This document shows, one piece after another, positions 60,286 through 64,000 of a stretch of 64,000 bases of DNA. How positions within the stretch are numbered: position 1 is the first letter of the stretch; every line of letters begins with the position of its first letter. Under the pieces are notes generated by a model. It was not told the origin of the DNA, made no database searches, and saw only the letters and a program-made list of their open reading frames with translations. The DNA comes from Longimicrobiales bacterium. Lineage in GTDB: Bacteria > Gemmatimonadota > Gemmatimonadetes > Longimicrobiales > Gaopeijiaceae. The translations under genes and the position numbers were made by a program. The stretch spans positions 1,408,001 to 1,472,000 of the forward strand of contig CBDCNQ010000005.1 in the NCBI GenBank assembly GCA_965219445.1, given 5' to 3'.

Positions 60286-61347
60286 ATGAGACGCATGCTA
60301 GCCGTTTCCGTGACGGGCCTCCTGGTCCTCGCCCCGGTAGCATCCGGGGCCGCTCGCGCCGCGGCGCAGGGCGCTCAGGAAACGTTCAAGGTGCATCCCT
60401 CGACCCAGGACCCGGCGGTCAAGGTCACCCTCGAGACTCTCGAGCGTTGGGAAACCGAGCTGTCGAACTGGGGCCGTTGGGGCCCGAGGGACCAGCGCGG
60501 CGCGCTGAACCTGATCACCCCGGAAAAGACCCGTGCGGCCACACGTCTCGTCGAGGACGGCGTCACGGTGACCCTCGGGCACTTCGTCACCGAGGAGGAC
60601 GCGATCGACAGCCAGACGTTCGCACCGACCGAGCACTGGATGACCTCGATCGACCCGAACACCGGCCAGCCTCGGGGCGCGCTCGACGCCATGAGCTTCT
60701 CGCTGCATGACGGCCAACTCGCGCACATGGACGCCCTCTGCCACTACGCCACCGAGCGGGACGGGCAAAGAATCATCTTCAACGGCTACCCGCAGAACTT
60801 GACCCTCGGCGGGTGCACCGGCGACCTCGCCATCGACGACATGGGGCCCGGCTACGTCACGCGGGGCATCCTCGTGGACATGCCTCTGCTGCGGGGCGTG
60901 GACTATCTGGAGCCGAGCACGCCCATCTACGTGTCCGACCTCGAGGAGTGGGAGGCGTTCGCCGGGATCAAGGTCTCGAGTGGAGACGTGCTCTTCATCC
61001 GTGGAGGCCGCTGGGCGCGGCGTGAGGCGCTCGGCCCGTGGAACTACGCACGTGGCGGGGCGGGGCTGCACGCCTCCGTACTGCCCTGGCTCAAGGAGCG
61101 GGGCGTGTCACTCCTGGTCGGCGACGCCGTGAACGACGTGCAGCCGTCCGGCGTGGAGGGCATCAACCGTCCGGTACACACCATGACGCAGGTCTTCATC
61201 GGACTTCCACTCGTGGACAACGGCTATCTGGAAGACGTGGCCAGGGAGGCGGCGAGCCGCCAGCGGTGGGAGTTCATGGTATCGTGGCAGATCACCAAGG
61301 TGCCGAACGGGACGGCGGGTCCGTTCAACGCGATCGCTACGTTCTAA
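60286..61347 (+). CDS. Cyclase-family (kynurenine formamidase-like) metal hydrolase with signal peptide
   Basis: NWGRWGPRDQRGALNLIT, HDGQLAHMDALCH, TRGILVD, GDVLFIRGG, PFNAIATF. Confidence 0.85.
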   Translation: MRRMLAVSVTGLLVLAPVASGAARAAAQGAQETFKVHPSTQDPAVKVTLETLERWETELSNWGRWGPRDQRGALNLITPEKTRAATRLVEDGVTVTLGHFVTEEDAIDSQTFAPTEHWMTSIDPNTGQPRGALDAMSFSLHDGQLAHMDALCHYATERDGQRIIFNGYPQNLTLGGCTGDLAIDDMGPGYVTRGILVDMPLLRGVDYLEPSTPIYVSDLEEWEAFAGIKVSSGDVLFIRGGRWARREALGPWNYARGGAGLHASVLPWLKERGVSLLVGDAVNDVQPSGVEGINRPVHTMTQVFIGLPLVDNGYLEDVAREAASRQRWEFMVSWQITKVPNGTAGPFNAIATF

Positions 61348-62489
61348 GGGAGAAAGATATCCTTCGGGATATACCCCGTGACCACCTGAGTGAGGTCGAC
61401 CACCTCGCTCACCCGGAAGTCCACGGCGATGCTCGCGAGCGAGAGCGCCTTGGCGGGTGTCAGTCCCTTTTCCTTCACCAGGAAGTCGACGACCTCCCAG
61501 GTCGCGTGCCGCGTGGCGCGATCGAGGTCGAGGTCGATTCCCATGATCATGTAGTGCGTCTCGTTCTCCGCGCGTGGGCCCAAGATCTCGACGTCCTTGT
61601 GCACGACGAAGCGGAATACGCCAGCGAGTGACTGTTCGATGGCGGTCCCGCTCACCTCACCGTCGCCCTGGGCGCCGTGCGGGTCACCCGTATAGAAGAG
61701 CGCTCCGGGATGGAAGACGGGAAGGTAGAGGGTCGTGCCAGCCTTGAGGTCCTTTACGTCCATGTTGCCGCCGAAGGCGCCCGGGGGCCTCGAGCCCTGG
61801 ACGCCCGGCACCGTCACGCCCGGCTCGCCCAGGACAGGATCGGGCGCGACCGCCATGATCCCCATGAAGGGCGCCAGAGGCACTTGGATGTCGGGCGAGA
61901 ACAGCGCGACCTCACGGCCGTCGACCACGGCGGTGCGAATCACGTGCCGCGTTCCCGGTGGGATGTCCAGCGGCGGGTCGTCGGCCTCGACTCCCGGGTA
62001 GCCCGACGAGAATACGCCACCGTTGGAGCTCGTGTTGTTGATTCCCCAGGACATGCGCGTCTCGAGGGCGAGAATCTGCACCTCGAGCATGTCTCCGGGC
62101 TCGGCTCCCTCGATATAGACCGGCCCGGTGATGACGTGGCCGCTCCGACCCTCTCTCGGCCGCTCATCTCTCGACGCCCAGAAATCCAGCATGTCCTGAT
62201 GGATTTCTTCCCGGGGTATGTCGAGTCCGGTGAGATACTCCACCGGCTCGGCTTCCTGGGTGGACCCGGCGTGGGTCAGCGTGTTGATGCGGACCGTCTC
62301 TCCGGACTGGATCGTGAGCACGGGCTCCTTGTCGATCGGGTACCACCCCCAGCTCACCGTCTCGGGACGCGAGGGCACGAAGTGGTCGGCTTCGATGCTC
62401 ACGCCGGTTGTCGTGGCGTCCGGTCCGGCGCAAGCAGTCGTCGCCAGCATGGCGATGCAAGAGAAGAGGCGGAACGCTGACGTTCTCAT
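61344..62489 (-). CDS. Acetamidase/formamidase family protein, probable lipoprotein
   Basis: Lipobox-like TTAC; GHVITGPVYIEGAEPGD, PFMGIMAV, GGNMD, GDPHGAQGDGEV. Confidence 0.88.
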   Translation of the reverse strand: MRTSAFRLFSCIAMLATTACAGPDATTTGVSIEADHFVPSRPETVSWGWYPIDKEPVLTIQSGETVRINTLTHAGSTQEAEPVEYLTGLDIPREEIHQDMLDFWASRDERPREGRSGHVITGPVYIEGAEPGDMLEVQILALETRMSWGINNTSSNGGVFSSGYPGVEADDPPLDIPPGTRHVIRTAVVDGREVALFSPDIQVPLAPFMGIMAVAPDPVLGEPGVTVPGVQGSRPPGAFGGNMDVKDLKAGTTLYLPVFHPGALFYTGDPHGAQGDGEVSGTAIEQSLAGVFRFVVHKDVEILGPRAENETHYMIMGIDLDLDRATRHATWEVVDFLVKEKGLTPAKALSLASIAVDFRVSEVVDLTQVVTGYIPKDIFLP

Positions 62490-64000
62490 CTAGTTCCCCA
62501 CCCGCTCCCTCAGCTCCTCGAACCAGTTCACGACGACCTCTACTGGTATGTCAGGCGCGCCGGCGCCGGCGTCTCCGGGCTTGGCCCCTACGCTTCCGAC
62601 GAAGACGAACGACGTACCGTCCGGGTGCACGTCCCAGTTCGATACCGGAGCGTTCTGGGGGCGAGTTGCCCAGTTCCCCTCGAAGAGCATGCGGCGCCCG
62701 CGAACAGCCCCGTCCCCCAACTCCGCCCGCCACACGGCACCGCCGTCGAGATAGTATACCGCCGACCCATCGGGCGCCCACACGGGATCGGTGCCGCCGC
62801 CCTCGGAGACCTGGAGCTGACCCACGGGCTCCGGGAAGGAGCGGACGTAGACCTCCGCGTTCCCCGACTCGTCGGACACGTACGCGACGCGCCCCCCGTC
62901 CGGGGAAATCGTGCCGTACGCCTCCGACCAGGGAGCGACGAGGTAATTCGTGAAGACGGCACTGTCCGGACCTAAGGTCAGGATCAGAAGATCGTCGTCC
63001 CGGTCATCGGTGGGCTCCACTACGAGCAGCTGAGTCCCGTCGAGTGATTCCGCCAAGGGGACCTGCGTACCCGGGCGACGGAAGAGCTGCTCGGCCTCCC
63101 TGGAGCCATCCGCGAGCGTGCGGAAGCCGTCCCGCCCGTCTGTGAGTCCTGAGGAGATACTGCTGAAGTAGACGTAGCGGCCGTCCCTCGACCAGAACGA
63201 GTAGTCGTTATTCCCCCCCGTCGTGATGGGCGGGTTGGCCCCCGACTCACGATCCCACACCCAGATCCGGTTCCCCGCGGTGTAGGCGATGTATCGCCCG
63301 CTCGGCGAGAAGCGTGGCATATAGTATGGCCCGGCCCCGAGCGGGGATGCGCTCCCTCGACCCTCCATGTCGACGATGACCAACTGTACCCCCGAGGCCC
63401 CACCGCCATTTCGGGAAAGGGCGTATACGGCGGTACCCGTCTCGGAGACCGCGAACTGGGTAGCGCCACCCACGTACACGAGGACGTCGGGCAGGACCGT
63501 CGACGGCTGACCGGTGACCCGGTGCGTTTCGAGGTCGAAGGGCACCGCCATCAGCGCCTGGCTCTGATGGCCGAATACGAGATGGCCGGTCGGCACGTAT
63601 CTGGGGTTGTCTCCGGTCACGCCCAGATCCGTCATTTCACCAGACCCGATTTCGACCAGCGTCAGCCTTCTTTCGTCACCGTAGAAGGCTTGCAGGACAA
63701 CAGCCCTCCCGTCCGGCAAGAGGTACGGCCGTGTGCCGCCGATGCCGTCCAGCCGTCCCTCGACCTCCCCAATCGAGACCGGGTCGCCACCGGAGGGTGC
63801 AACCCAGTAGAGGCCGCCGTCAGGACCCCCGAACACCAGCATGTCGTCGAGCCCCCAATGTGGATAGGACCCCTCGGCTACGGGCAGGATCGGCCCGCCG
63901 GAGACCTCGACCCGACTGATGACGCCGTCTGCCGCGAAGACGAGCCACTGGCCATCGGGTGAGAAGCCCGGGTGTTGGGCGCCCTCCGTGCCAGGGATCT
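62490..64000 (-). CDS. TolB/PD40 beta-propeller region, likely C-terminus of a Ser/Thr kinase-propeller protein; 5' end beyond the window
   Basis: Frame open to the edge (IPGTEGAQHPGFSPDGQW...); repeated SPDG/WSRDG blades; ends VVVNWFEELRERV; kinase domain not visible, inferred only. Confidence 0.75.
   Translation of the reverse strand, partial: IPGTEGAQHPGFSPDGQWLVFAADGVISRVEVSGGPILPVAEGSYPHWGLDDMLVFGGPDGGLYWVAPSGGDPVSIGEVEGRLDGIGGTRPYLLPDGRAVVLQAFYGDERRLTLVEIGSGEMTDLGVTGDNPRYVPTGHLVFGHQSQALMAVPFDLETHRVTGQPSTVLPDVLVYVGGATQFAVSETGTAVYALSRNGGGASGVQLVIVDMEGRGSASPLGAGPYYMPRFSPSGRYIAYTAGNRIWVWDRESGANPPITTGGNNDYSFWSRDGRYVYFSSISSGLTDGRDGFRTLADGSREAEQLFRRPGTQVPLAESLDGTQLLVVEPTDDRDDDLLILTLGPDSAVFTNYLVAPWSEAYGTISPDGGRVAYVSDESGNAEVYVRSFPEPVGQLQVSEGGGTDPVWAPDGSAVYYLDGGAVWRAELGDGAVRGRRMLFEGNWATRPQNAPVSNWDVHPDGTSFVFVGSVGAKPGDAGAGAPDIPVEVVVNWFEELRERVGN

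Overview
GC-rich bacterial chromosomal segment with no phage, integrase, transposase, CRISPR array or rRNA. Gene content (TolB/PD40 propeller ending ...NWFEEL, PIG-L/NEW3 protein, DUF305-LVIVD pair, PQQ dehydrogenase, solitary pilin) suggests Gemmatimonadota or a similar lineage; this is inference. About 50 genes: a c-di-GMP cluster (MBL hydrolase, GAF-HD-GYP, pfkA, PAS-GGDEF-EAL), a PQQ dehydrogenase, a three-gene type III PKS cluster, SSS/NSS/DASS transporters, a cyclase-hydrolase fusion, tRNA-Glu(CTC) and tRNA-Val(CAC), a plant/Chlamydia-type fabI, ligA-polX, a sufCBD-Rieske-sufS-sufU-ogt operon, fadI, a Phd-VapC toxin-antitoxin pair, proCBA, fetAB, pyc-metZ and two exported amidohydrolases. 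The most notable signals lie outside the ORF track: (1) a candidate leader-peptide attenuator (promoter, Pro/Arg-rich uORF, alternative hairpins, U7 terminator) before proCBA; (2) three genes destroyed by internal deletions, one with a palindrome at the junction, plus several short tandem duplications at gene ends; (3) a Fur-type box just downstream of the suf promoter; (4) an unannotated 42-aa membrane protein upstream of the SSS transporter; (5) two multi-stem intergenic structures. All calls come from motif recognition by eye; no database searches were run.
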